DNA of 64,000 nt from Eledone cirrhosa (GCA_964016885.1 OZ024743.1:107942001-108006000), one strand, 5' to 3'. Positions 1 through 13,341 are shown, counted from the first letter of the stretch. Numbers and translations: made by a program. The notes: a model not told the origin generated them from the sequence alone.

Positions 1-232
1 CGTGTAGGGGGTTTGAAGTGAGAAGATAAATGTTATTTGAGATTATAGTCACCACAATGCAGATAACTATAATAATAATTATGTAAAGATTAATTCTATA
101 ACATAAGGATGTTCTGAGTGGTTGCGAATGTAGTAAATGGAAAAAAATTTAAAACTATTGTCGTCACAATGCAGATAACTACAAAACAATAAGTCTGTTT
201 AACACCAGTTGTATAAGGTAATGAATGTATGC

Positions 233-279
<47 letters not shown>

Positions 280-288
280 TGTGTGTGT

Positions 289-319
<31 letters not shown>

Positions 320-747
320 CTTATGCGTGCGTGTTTACTGTGTATGTAATCATTATTACTTAGTAATTGTCAAGTTGATTGATTGAATATCGGGTTAAGC
401 TGCCTAATTTCAAATCATTTTGAATGATTATTATGGAATATCATGAAGGAAGGTTTTCCCATAAATATAAACCCATTCCTTACCATATTTCTAATGAAAA
501 AAAGGACCTCCTAATTTGAAAATAATGAAGAATATTTTTTATTGTTTTACCAATAAAACTAACATTCTCACTGTTAAGCTGGAGTTTGGAGCCAACATAT
601 ATGTGTCTGTATATATACATATATGCGTATATATTTAATACATAAAATGATGTGCCCATGTGCTGAGATGCTATAAAGTGGCTTACAAGAGGGTGAAGAC
701 CACTAAAAACGGAAAAAGAAATTGCCTTCGGCCGCTACGAGGTACTC

Positions 748-812
<65 letters not shown>

Positions 813-1270
813 AAGCATGCATGTAGATATATATATATGTATATACAGGATTAGTTTCTATTTCCACATTAGTTTGACTACACATACACACAAGCACACA
901 CACATATGTATCTAAATGAATACTTATATGAGTGTGTACATGGGGTGGGATAGCTAATGATAATTTTCTTGTAACACATGTACAAATTAAAACCCTGGAG
1001 GTGGGAAACGGATTAGTTTATCATAAATCATATTCTGACATATGAATAAAGACAAAAACACTTATATACAGGCACGCACTGACACAGACACACACATACT
1101 TGCACACGCACACACACATGTATATATATGTGTATATATATATATACATACGCACATGGACACAAGACTATGCACACCTAAACACACACATACGCCTCGT
1201 ATATATATATATATATATATATATTTATCTATCCGTATATATGTACGTTTTAATATATATATTGCATATT

Positions 1271-1308
<38 letters not shown>

Positions 1309-1311
1309 TAT

Positions 1312-1348
<37 letters not shown>

Positions 1349-1402
1349 CAAACACACACATATGTATATACATACATACATATATATAAACACACACATA
1401 TG

Positions 1403-1458
<56 letters not shown>

Positions 1459-1554
1459 GAATGATCGACTTTCATCAAATCGGACCGAGGAAACAATGTT
1501 TCCATTGGTCTTTCCAGTTGCTAGTACTATCTATCAGTCGCAACTCCAGGTAGA

Positions 1555-1642
<88 letters not shown>

Positions 1643-1657
1643 CATATATATATATAC

Positions 1658-1702
<45 letters not shown>

Positions 1703-1703
1703 C

Positions 1704-1781
<78 letters not shown>

Positions 1782-1815
1782 TATTATTACTATATATATA
1801 TATATATATAGTAAT

Positions 1816-2004
1816 AATTGTTTCTACTATTGGCACAAGGCCAGGAATTACTCAGTACATTACTGGTACTTTATTTTATCGACCCCGTAAGGATGAAAGG
1901 CAAAGTTAACTTCGGTGGGATTTGAACTCAGAATGGCAAGGGCCGTAACTCTATGCGTCAAAGCATGGCGTCCGACCCTCTACCGATACTGCCAATCCAC
2001 CGCC
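1816..2004 (-). mobile_element. tRNA-derived SINE family 1, full-length short variant
   Basis: Minus strand reads GGCGGTGGATTGGCAGTATCGGTAGAG (A-box-like) ... GAGTTCAAATCCC (B box), central GCCTTTCATCCTTACGGGGTCGATAAAATAAAGTACC, tail GGCCTTGTGCCAATAGTAGAAAC(AAT/ATT)n. Many near-identical copies in the window. Confidence 0.9.
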
Positions 2005-2039
2005 CTATATATATAGTAATAATGACCCTCCCAAAGTAT

Positions 2040-2082
<43 letters not shown>

Positions 2083-2087
2083 AATAA

Positions 2088-2185
2088 TAATTGTTTCTAC
2101 TTTTGGCACAAATCCATCAATTATTCCAGTGTATTACTGGTACTTTATTTTATCGAACCCCGTAAGGATGAAAGGCAAAGTTAAC
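2088..2185 (-). mobile_element. SINE family 1, 5'-truncated copy
   Basis: Tail and central domain match 1816-2004; the tRNA head is absent. Confidence 0.85.
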
Positions 2186-2334
2186 TAATAATACATTTAT
2201 ATATATATGGGACACGCACTAAAGCCACGCATATCTACCTATCTATTTCTTACCTTTGACACACACTATCACACCATTGCAACAGCACCCCCTGGACAGC
2301 AGCCTGAACTTAACCTACACCCTATATATATATA

Positions 2335-2376
<42 letters not shown>

Positions 2377-2417
2377 GAGAGATGTATACATAAATATATA
2401 TATATATATATATATGC

Positions 2418-2730
2418 AGAGGTTATATTTAATTTGTTGGGATTCAACAAGCTTAACATTTTTTATAACTGATATAAAGCACTCAACAATTTAGTGGATT
2501 AAATACACAATATATTAATAAATGGAAAGTTTATTTATAAAACTATATTTATTTTATTATATATATTTCAAGGGCAACCAAGGCAAATTATGGTGCGCTT
2601 TCATCAGATAAAATATAGATTTGTTTTATAAATAAATATTGACATACCCCGAAAAAAAAGACAACCTTAACGGCTGGAGCTTCCATATAAATATGGTTTT
2701 ATAAATATAGTTTCCATTTATTAATATATT
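2418..2730 (-). mobile_element. Hammerhead-bearing non-coding repeat family A (Penelope-like pLTR-type) with short inverted arm
   Basis: Homologous to 11277-11378, 12363-12828 and 57905-58012. 2686-2730 is an inverted copy of about 2510-2553. Flanked by (TA)n. Confidence 0.7.
2550..2615 (-). ncRNA. Type I hammerhead ribozyme motif, family A
   Basis: Minus strand: TATTTTAT-CTGATGA-AAGCGCACCA..TGGTTGCCCTT-GAAA-TATATA-TA-ATAAAATA. 8-bp perfect stem I, full catalytic core, palindromic stem III. Confidence 0.75.
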
Positions 2731-3169
2731 ATATATTATATATATATATATATATATAAATATATATATATAAAAATATATATATTTAAACCGAACACAA
2801 AGGCTCACATACACACAAACCCGCGCACACACACATACACACACACACACACATATTTATATATACATATGCATGCTTAGATGTGTGAAATAATTTGTGC
2901 ATGCGTATAAAGAGAGAGAATAAATAATGTTTGAATAACATGTGTTTTTAACAAGGCGAGGAAGATGGATATGCCATAGAGTTTGCTTATGTGTATATAA
3001 ATACGCGCTAATGGGATTTGGTTTAATATTATTAATTCTTGACACATATGTTAGAGGAGAGAGAAAGAGAGATTAAAGGTCCTATGCATGAAACTTAAGT
3101 CGCTCTTAAATGAAGGAAACGTTTGCTATAGACTCATGGATTACGAAAACTTATATATATATATATACA

Positions 3170-3208
<39 letters not shown>

Positions 3209-3362
3209 GACACACACACACACATATATATATGTATATATATATATAAGTATGTATGTATATACAGATGCATGCTTGTGAAATGTAAACGGAAAACAAA
3301 ACAGGCGATGAAGTACAATGAATATATATATACTAGTTTCACGCTTAATATTGTAAGAAACG

Positions 3363-3398
3363 CCTTAACGTTTCGGACGTCCATCCTTCATCAGAAAA
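3363..3398 (-). ncRNA. Minimal hammerhead ribozyme motif, family F
   Basis: Minus strand: TTTT-CTGATGA-A-GGAT-GGAC-GTCC-GAAA-CG-TT-AAGG. Stem I relies on two G-U pairs. Confidence 0.55.
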
Positions 3399-4269
3399 TA
3401 GTATGAGAAATGTAGGAGAGTTACCAGAGGCAGTAGCGAAAATTATTTCTTCGTAAAAAGGCGGGTCTTTTCATTTCGCGATCTTTTGGAAAATTTCAGT
3501 AGCTTTTATGGTGTAAGAAGTTTATTTGACCGTCTTTTGAAGTACTGTGATCAAAAGCGACTTAAAAAGTGCTGAAAAGGAAAAAGTTATTTTGCATTTA
3601 TAATGGATATGTATGTGTGTAAGTGTGTATATGTGCATGAGTGTTTTGCTTTTCTGTACAAAGATGTGAGAATATATGTGTGTGTAAGTTTAAAAGGGTT
3701 TGTCTGTGTGTCTTTGTTGTTGGTCCGTTCAAAGATATGAGTTTAAATGTAGAGGTCAGTGCGATTCCTTGTTGTTCTGTACAAAGCTGTGAGAATGTCT
3801 CTTTTTGAGTGTAACGAAGCTGCTGGAAGCTTGAGGGGTTAATGTGTACACACGTGTGACAGCGGTCGAGGTAAAGGGGACAGTGGTTAGGTGTATAGAA
3901 GCATGTGCGAGAGCATCTGTGCAACGGTAAATATAGATTAAAGAATATGTGGTAAAGAGTTTTATCTATTTAGGAAACTGGACCCAAGGAGGAAAATCAA
4001 TTTCTGCTCACTAGTAGTGTGTGAGACCAGCTATACATGATGCAATAAGACAGCCAGTGCTGATACATGTAAAGAGGGGTAGCCTGGGGAACGGAACTGA
4101 CGAGTGACGGGGGTACTCTTATCAAGTCGTATGTCCCTTAGGGCTTCGGCATAGATATATCCCTTTAAATGAAAAGCGTGTTCTCAAAGTATGGTTTGGT
4201 AATTATATAATTATACATATATACCCCATATTCCACACCACACACGCAAACACACACACACACACACAC

Positions 4270-4306
<37 letters not shown>

Positions 4307-4661
4307 CACATACATATACATATGTAAGGGGTATATATGTAAATATGTATGTATTTGAGTGTATATGTATATGTGTGTATGACTACATATATATGCATGT
4401 ATTTAGGTGTATATGTGTGTATGACTACATATATATATATATGTATGTATATGTGCATGCGTGTTGCAGTCAGCCAAATTTCCCTCAAGTGGCTTTGGTC
4501 AACTAATGGTTATCTTTTTGTTCTTCTATTATTCTTCACTTTAAAACTCGAAACTTTCTTTCTTTTTCTATCATTCTACTGCGTTATAGTTCTATTCAAT
4601 TACACGATAGTCTTCTGTTCCATCGCAACCAAACTATGGTATTACAACGTCTCTCTCTCTT

Positions 4662-4707
<46 letters not shown>

Positions 4708-4708
<1 letters not shown>

Positions 4709-4891
4709 CTGTTTCTACTTTAGGCACAAGGCCAGCAATTCACCAGTGCATTACTGGTACTTTAATTTATCGACCCCGTAATGATGAAAGGCAAAGTCAA
4801 CCTCGGCGGGATTTGAACTCAGATCGTAAAGGGACGTAACTATACTGGAAAGCATGGCGTCCGACTCTCTACCGATACTGCTAATCCACCG
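4708..4891 (-). mobile_element. SINE family 1, full-length
   Basis: Head, B box, central domain and tail all match 1816-2004. Confidence 0.9.
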
Positions 4892-5085
4892 TTATATATA
4901 TATATATAACAACTGGCGTTAAACACACATCTTTTTTTTATAGTTTCCTGCGTTGTGGCGATTATATTTATTACATAGGCAAACACTCAGGAAAGCCTCT
5001 TCGCGTTATTCAGATGATGTTAACAATAAAAATGTAGTTATCAACGTTCATATATTGATTTATCTCTCTATCTATCTGTCTATCT

Positions 5086-5145
<60 letters not shown>

Positions 5146-5146
5146 C

Positions 5147-5236
<90 letters not shown>

Positions 5237-5419
5237 CTTCTTCCACATCCCTACTCATGTATTCTCATTTAATATCTATCTTTTGTTTATTCGTCCCTGT
5301 TCCTTAGTACCTTCTTCATTTCTTCCTCTATGTTTACTCTGTTCCATCTATTTCCATCTCCCGCCAATTTGCTGCCCATCTAACATAACATTTTAGCGCT
5401 ACATTTTTCTCTCCATCCC

Positions 5420-5520
5420 ACCGAGGTTGACTTTGCCTTTCATCCTTACGGGGTCGATAAAATAAAGTACCAGTAATGCACTGGGTAATTGCTGGCCTTG
5501 TGTCTAAAGTAGAAACAAGT
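5420..5520 (+). mobile_element. SINE family 1, 3' half
   Basis: CCGAGGTTGACTTTGCCTTTCATCCTTACGGGGTCGAT...GGCCTTGTGTCTAAAGTAGAAAC. Confidence 0.85.
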
Positions 5521-5644
5521 ATTTTTTCTTTCCCCTGTAAAGTTTTGATAGAATTTACTTTAATAATAGTTATTTTTTAATAATTTTAAAATATTTTCTT
5601 TTGTTTCCCTACTGATATATTTCAATAATTTCTGTCTATTATTG

Positions 5645-5718
<74 letters not shown>

Positions 5719-5842
5719 ATGAGTGCGTGCATGAGTGCGTGCATGCGTGTAAGCATCTGCATAATATTAAGAAGTCTTTCACCACTTCATTTCGACTCAG
5801 AGGGTCTATTTTAAATGATTTCTTAAAAAAAGTATTGTATAT

Positions 5843-6031
5843 AATTGTTTCTACTTTTGGCACAAGGCCAGCAATTATCCAGTACATTACTGGTACTTTA
5901 TTTTATCGACCCCGTAAGAATGAAAGGCAAAGTTAACTTCGGCGGGATTTGAACTCAGAATGGCAAGGACCGTAACTCTATGCGTCAAAGCATGGCGTCC
6001 GACCCTCTACCGATACTGCCAATCCACCGCC
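5843..6031 (-). mobile_element. SINE family 1, full-length
   Basis: Near-identical to 1816-2004. Confidence 0.9.
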
Positions 6032-6055
6032 CTTATATATATATACATGATATAT

Positions 6056-6844
6056 AATTGTTTCTACTTTTGGCACAAGGCCAGCTATTACCCTAGTGTA
6101 TTACTGGTACTTTATTTTATCGACCTCGTAAGGATGAAAGGCAAAGTTAACCTCGGCGGGATTTGAACTCAGAATGGCCAATGATCAGCTGTTACTAGAG
6201 AATGTTTATATATATATATGGTTGTATATATACATATGTATGTGTATATATGAAATAATTGTTTCTACTTTTGGCACAAGGCCAGCTATTACCCTAGTGT
6301 ATTACTGGTACTTTATTTTATCGACCTCGTAAGGATGAAAGGCAAAGTTAACCTCGGCGGGATTTGAACTCAGAATTGCCAATGATCAGCTGTTACTAGA
6401 GAATGTTTATATATATATATGGTTGTATATATACATATGTATGTGTATATATGAAATAATTGTTTCTACTTTTGGCACAAGGCCAGCAATTACCCAGTGT
6501 ATTACTGGTACTTTATTTTATCGACCTCGTAAGGATGAAAGGCAAAGTTAACCTCGGCGGGATTTGAACTCAGAATGGCCAATGATCAGCTGTTACTAGA
6601 GAATGTTTATATATATATATATGTTTGTATATATACATATGTATGTGTATATTTGAAATAATTGTTACTACTTTTGGCACAAGGCCAGCAATTACCCAGT
6701 GTATTACTGGTACTTTATTTTATCAACCCCGTAAGGATGAAAGGCAAAGTTAACCTCGGCGGGATTTGAACTCAGAATGGCAAGGGCCGTAACTCCATGC
6801 GTCAAAGCATGGCGTCCGACCCTCTACCGATACTGCCAATTCAC
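6056..6844 (-). repeat. Tandem array of about 201-bp units (SINE 3' part plus unique spacer) x3, followed by a full SINE
   Basis: Units start at 6056, 6257, 6458 and 6660. The spacer GCCAATGATCAGCTGTTACTAGAGAATG... is repeated. Confidence 0.9.
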
Positions 6845-6909
6845 GAAATAATGAATCGGGATAAATATCTAAATATCCAAGCACTCGTAGACGCGAGTCT
6901 ACACGTGAA

Positions 6910-6999
6910 CACATCTGAGGAACATCCGATCCTAGAATCAGTAACGATCATTAATCGATCGTCTCTCGAGCTGATTGACAGTGAAACATATGTAATATG
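6910..6999 (+). ncRNA. Hammerhead ribozyme-like motif with long stem II
   Basis: CACAT-CTGAGGA-[AC..AATCAG..ACGATC..GATCGT..CTGATT..GT]-GAAA-CATATG-TA-ATATG. Stem I pairs 4 of 5. Confidence 0.55.
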
Positions 7000-7035
7000 C
7001 AATTAAATATGTATATGATGCAACACTGATACTTT

Positions 7036-7105
<70 letters not shown>

Positions 7106-7125
7106 CATATATACATTTAAATGAA

Positions 7126-7170
<45 letters not shown>

Positions 7171-7303
7171 TGGATGAATACTTCCACAGGTACGATGTAC
7201 TTGTAGAAATATGCAAGGTGTTTATAATATATATATATATATATATGTCGGCTGGAAAACGAATTAGAATTGAAAAAAAAATTTATATACATAATATATA
7301 TAA

Positions 7304-7336
<33 letters not shown>

Positions 7337-7474
7337 GTGTTTCTCTAATTATTTAACCCATGTTCTCGAATTCTTCTAATCTTATATTCTATCTTTGGAA
7401 AAATATCAACGGATTTTATACGTGCCTTGGTCCCTCTTTTTTATATATCGTGTATATTTCATTGCATTTACGTC

Positions 7475-7680
<206 letters not shown>

Positions 7681-7982
7681 TATCTATCCATTTATCTATA
7701 TATCTATCTATGAAGCGACAAGCACAAACATCGAAGTAACTGCCACTTTTTTCCGAGAAAATGTATTTCTAACTCTAACCAACAGTACAGTACTTATTGT
7801 TTCTTGAGTTCATTGTTTCTATATTTAAACTGTATTTAAACGAATTTTAATTTTCCAAAATATTTAACTTTCCTTCTAACCGTCTCACTTGCACTATTGC
7901 TACAAATCTCTGTAACATAATAAGACACACACACACATATATATGTATATTATATATATATATATAAATATATATATAATAT

Positions 7983-8170
7983 AGAAATGGCTTCTGCAGC
8001 ACTAGAACTGTTTTATACTGGTGAAATCATCAGGCTTTCCTGATGATTTCTCTCGAATGAAACAATTCTAGTCCTGTAGAAGCCATTTCTCTATTAAATA
8101 CTTATACTCTGCTATGTATTTATGTATTGAGTACCTTCCTTACTGTGGTTACCACCCATTGAACCCGGGA
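7983..8170 (+). mobile_element. Fold-back element with hammerhead-like core, family E
   Basis: Imperfect inverted repeat 7983-8091 centred on CAGG-CTTT-CCTG. CTGATGA at 8040 and GAAA at 8059. The downstream ACTCT.CTA...GTATTGAGTAC is shared with family D. Confidence 0.55.
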
Positions 8171-8208
8171 TAAACATATATATATATATATATTTGTGTG
8201 TGTTTGTG

Positions 8209-8241
<33 letters not shown>

Positions 8242-8244
8242 ATT

Positions 8245-8344
<100 letters not shown>

Positions 8345-8354
8345 TATATATATA

Positions 8355-8404
<50 letters not shown>

Positions 8405-8474
8405 TGTGTGAGTGTGTGTGTGTGTATGTATATCTATATATATTTCTATTCTATAGTGCTATGGATTTAGCTCT

Positions 8475-8586
<112 letters not shown>

Positions 8587-8949
8587 TTGTGTGTATGTGT
8601 GTGTGTATATATATATGTATATATATATTTCTATTCTATAGATTTAGCTATAAAGAGACAAAGTTTCGAATCGATGTACGTCCACGCTACTGTATGTACA
8701 TTTTTTTTTTTTTCCTTTTACTATTCTTACAATTTCTGTCACATCACATGTGATATCAAGATAACTACTAGCTCGCTGTACGAGAAGTTGCTAATGTCGC
8801 CTACTACCATTGTCGTCGCCGTCGCTATAGTCTTCCCAACCACCGCCGACATTATCAACATCATCTTCAGCAATACTGCTGTATGTAACAACCAACTACT
8901 ACACTCGGTAGATGGCGTTTTTGTTTATCTTCCTCTTTCTTCAACATTT

Positions 8950-9540
8950 ATACATTATACACCAGATAAATGCATGCATGCTTTATATACATACATTATA
9001 CACCAGATAAATGCATGCATGCTTATATATACATACATTATACACCAGATAAATGCATGCATAGATATATATACATACATGAATGCATACATACATACAT
9101 ACATACATACATACATACATACATACGTACGTACATGAATGCATACATACATACATACATACATACATACATACATACATACATACATACATACGTGAAT
9201 GCATACGTACATGAATGAATACATACATACATACATATGTACATAAATGCATACATACATACGTACATAAATGCATACATACATACATACGTACATGAAT
9301 GCATACATACATACGTACATGAATGCATACATACATACGTACATGAATGCATACATACATACGTACATGAATGCATAAGTACATGAATGAATGCATACAT
9401 ACATACATACATACATACATACGTACATGAATGCATACATACATACATTCATACATACATACATACATACATACGTACATGAATGAATACATACATACAT
9501 GCATGTGTAAATAGATATATACATATATATATATGCATGC
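8950..9540. repeat. Minisatellite: 3 copies of TACATTATACACCAGATAAATGCATGCAT, then a CATA-derived 20-nt unit (CATACATACGTACATGAATG)
   Basis: Visible tandem units. Confidence 0.85.
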
Positions 9541-9658
9541 ATATATGAATGCATTCATATACATGTATAGATGCATATATACTTGAATACTTGCATGCAC
9601 GTATACATACATATATTCAAGGATGATTATGTGCATACATAAATATAACTACTGTATG

Positions 9659-9705
<47 letters not shown>

Positions 9706-9778
9706 GTACATATATGTATATGTATATATTTATACATGTTTATATGTATATATTCATATATCTATGTTTATATATACG

Positions 9779-9810
<32 letters not shown>

Positions 9811-10024
9811 CGTGTGTGTGTTTGTGTGTGTGCGTTTGTGTGTGTGTGTGCGTTTGTGTGTGTGTGTGTATATATATGATTGTCTGTCTGTGTGTGTGTG
9901 TATACCAGCTTCAAATATACATGCTACGTTATCGAAGCAAACTGCTATAAAAGGGAAAATATCCATTTATCCTTTTGTCGCTAACATCTACATGTTCATC
10001 ACCATCTCTTTCATAATCATCATA

Positions 10025-10037
10025 TTACTACTACTAC

Positions 10038-10113
<76 letters not shown>

Positions 10114-10116
10114 ACT
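10025..10116. repeat. Compound (CTA)n-(CTG)n microsatellite
   Basis: Direct reading. Confidence 0.95.
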
Positions 10117-10391
10117 AGTTCAGCTGTTCTGGAAGTTAATGTGAAAATGGTGGTCAAATTTGAACACGAGCACCCATGTACTCGTTCTCAGGGAGATTCA
10201 CCTTGACACTGTATTTAGAGGGACTGTTAGTGTCAATCCTAGATACAAATCATTATTGCCAGTTTGGGGGCATATAAGTAACATTAAAATAAGGCGACAG
10301 TCTCAAGAACATATCACACTGATAGTAATAAAATTCACTATTTTACAACCGTGAACAGAACACCCTAATCTCTGTCACGCGTCTAGATATG

Positions 10392-10430
<39 letters not shown>

Positions 10431-10456
10431 ATACACACACATACACACACACCCAT

Positions 10457-10538
<82 letters not shown>

Positions 10539-10582
10539 AGAGATATTGAGATAGAGAGATAGATAGTTAGATAGAGAGGGGG

Positions 10583-10910
10583 ATGGCGCAAAGTCACGCG
10601 GCTTCGTTGATAGTGTATTCGGATCCTGATAGAATGGATGTGATTTCGAATTTTGGTGACGCCATTTGTTCTTGAACATTACACTCTATTTCATGTTGTT
10701 CCAGTCCACTCAGCTTCCAAAATTGTACATGTTACTCAAAAGATGAGCCACTATACGCCTTAAGTCACCCGGTATTAACCTCAGAACTTTGTTAAGGGTT
10801 CTTATATGTATCTTTGAAACCAACGGTCTGCACTTAAATTTCGGAAGCAATCTGTTCCATTGATCCAAAAAAACAAACTATATACCCGTTGTCAGAATCA
10901 ACGGATGTCC
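10583..10910 (+). mobile_element. SINE family 2 (tRNA head plus CORE-like TTGTTCTTGA..TATTTCA..CCAGTCCACTCAGC), diverged
   Basis: Homologous to 45849-46060 and 21401-21576 (+) and to 11930-12065 and 17055-17160 (-). Confidence 0.6.
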
Positions 10911-11276
10911 AACGATGTATAAAAAGAATATTATTTCATGCTAGATGCCATTGAATTTCAAAGAAACGTTAAATTCAGCTGTATCATTAAATATCGATTT
11001 TTTATATAGTTTCGAAAAATGGCAGAAACGTTAGTGCAGCTGGCGTATTTTTTTTTCCTAGCTTTTTTTTTTAGTTCTGAGTTCAAACCCATCATGTCAA
11101 CAGTCGTTTTTGTGAATCTACAATTGATTGCAAATCGTGACTTAGATTATAACTACAACGTATATATATCATTTTTTATAAGAACATATTAATATATATA
11201 TTTCATAACAGATTTATTTTAATATATATATATGGTATGTTCCTTGGCTATGTCAAAATTTATAAAACACACTTTG

Positions 11277-11340
11277 TATTTTATCTGATGAAAGCGTACC
11301 AAAGTTTTTGGTACCCTTGAAATATATATATAATAGAATA
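11277..11340 (+). ncRNA. Type I hammerhead ribozyme motif, family A variant
   Basis: TATTTTAT-CTGATGA-AAGC-GTACCAAA-GTT-TTTGGTAC-CCTT-GAAA-TATATATA-TA-ATAGAATA. Confidence 0.75.
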
Positions 11341-11379
11341 AATATGGTTTTATAAATATAGTTTCCATTTATTTAATAT

Positions 11380-11485
<106 letters not shown>

Positions 11486-11588
11486 AGTTAATGCAAATTC
11501 TGCATTCTGGCTGCTACAACTGTTTCACTGCATACATGGCATTATGCCGTATTTTCCGTAGTTTATTAAATTCATATTTGTGTGTGTG

Positions 11589-11691
<103 letters not shown>

Positions 11692-11929
11692 ATCTACATA
11701 CATACAGGCATTTGTATATAACTGCGTAAGAGAAAAAAGACAAGTTAAATACACAATTTAACCCAAATCTCTTTATTGTATAAACCAAAATTATATATAC
11801 ACACGTGTGTGCATGTGTGTTTCGGATCACCCTCAATTCCTGTAAAATTCACTTATTAGTGGCTGAGCATTACACAGATACACGAAAAGCATACTCATTG
11901 TGACACTCTAAATTACCGGCAAAACATAT

Positions 11930-12065
11930 TTTTCTTTTAGCTGAATGAACATAGGTGATCTGAAGTAAATTGTTCTCCACAAGATGAAAACGGACCACCG
12001 GGATTTGAAATCACAACCATATGATCGCCAGCCTAAGGCCCTTACCAATAGGCCAAATGTCTTCC
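11930..12065 (-). mobile_element. SINE family 2, diverged
   Basis: Reverse complement shows a tRNA-like head (GGCCTATTGGTAAGG...GATTTCAAATCCCGG) and a CORE-like region. Confidence 0.5.
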
Positions 12066-12122
12066 CAAGCACTCATACATAGGAACACAAACATGTACAC
12101 ATAGCAATGGAGGAAAGCCAGG

Positions 12123-12262
<140 letters not shown>

Positions 12263-12275
12263 ATATTTATATATT

Positions 12276-12362
<87 letters not shown>

Positions 12363-12828
12363 AGAGGTTATGTTTAATTTGTTGGTATACAACAAGCAAA
12401 ATATTTTTGTAACTGTTATAAAGCACTCAACAAATTATTAGAGTAAATATAGAATATATTAACAAATGGAAACTATATTTATAAAACCATATTTATTTCA
12501 TTCATATTTATTTCATTATACATATTTCAAGGGCCACCAAAGCAGATTATGGTGCGCTTTCATCAGATAAAATATAATATAGATTATTTTTATAAATAAA
12601 TATTGACATACCCTGAAAAAATGCAACCTTCACGGTTGGAGTCACCTGGATAGTGACTCCAACCGTGAAGGTTGCATTTTTTCAGGGTATGTCAATATTT
12701 ATTTATAAAAATAATCTATATTATATTTTATCTGATGAAAGCGCACCATAATCTGCTTTGGTGGCCCTTGAAATATGTATAATGAAATAAATATGGTTTT
12801 ATAAATATAGTTTCCATTTGTTAATATA
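12363..12828. mobile_element. Family A fold-back element: about 185-bp near-perfect inverted arms, each carrying a hammerhead
   Basis: Centre GTCAC-CTGGATA-GTGAC (12641-12657). Hammerheads at 12509-12574 (-) and 12724-12789 (+). Confidence 0.8.
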
Positions 12829-12926
12829 TTGTGTGTGTGTGTATATATATATATATATGCATTTGACGGCGGAGAGACAATAGACAAAAGTAGAGTTTAA
12901 ATATTCATTTTATTAAGGTTAACCAG

Positions 12927-13030
12927 TTGTTTCTACTTTTAGCACAAGGCCAACAATTATCGCAGTACATTACTGGTACTCTATTTTATCGACCCCGTAA
13001 GGATGAAAGGCACAGTTAACCTCGGCGGGC
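12927..13030 (-). mobile_element. SINE family 1, 5'-truncated
   Basis: Tail and central domain match. Confidence 0.85.
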
Positions 13031-13123
13031 TTGTTCTTAACTGATGAAATCGTGAGAAGCAGGCAAAACTCCACAGTTACAAGACATACTATTCAGGCTT
13101 AATAATATATATATATATATATA

Positions 13124-13341
13124 ATGGTTTCTTATATAAGCACAAGGCCAGCATTTTTTGGGAAGGGGAAAGTCAATTAAATCGACCCCAGTGCATCACT
13201 GGTACTTTAATTTATCGACCCCGTAAGGATGAAAGGCAAAATTAATCTCGGCGGGATTTGAACTCCGACCATAGAGGGCAGTAACTCTATGCTGCAAAGC
13301 ATGGCGTCCGACGCTTTACCGATACTGCCAATCCACCGCCT
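13124..13341 (-). mobile_element. SINE family 1, full-length long variant
   Basis: Carries an extra ~30 nt (GGGAAGGGGAAAGTCAATTAAATCGACC) near the tail. Confidence 0.9.

Noticed and set aside
1920-2004. tRNA gene candidates
   Set aside because: A/B boxes belong to SINE heads fused to SINE bodies, with no full cloverleaf.
6056-6844. CRISPR-like repeat-spacer array
   Set aside because: Spacers are identical, repeats are SINE-derived, the context is eukaryotic and no cas genes are present.
13035-13085. CTGATGA hammerhead candidate
   Set aside because: No intact GAAA/UH or convincing stems; at best a decayed relic.
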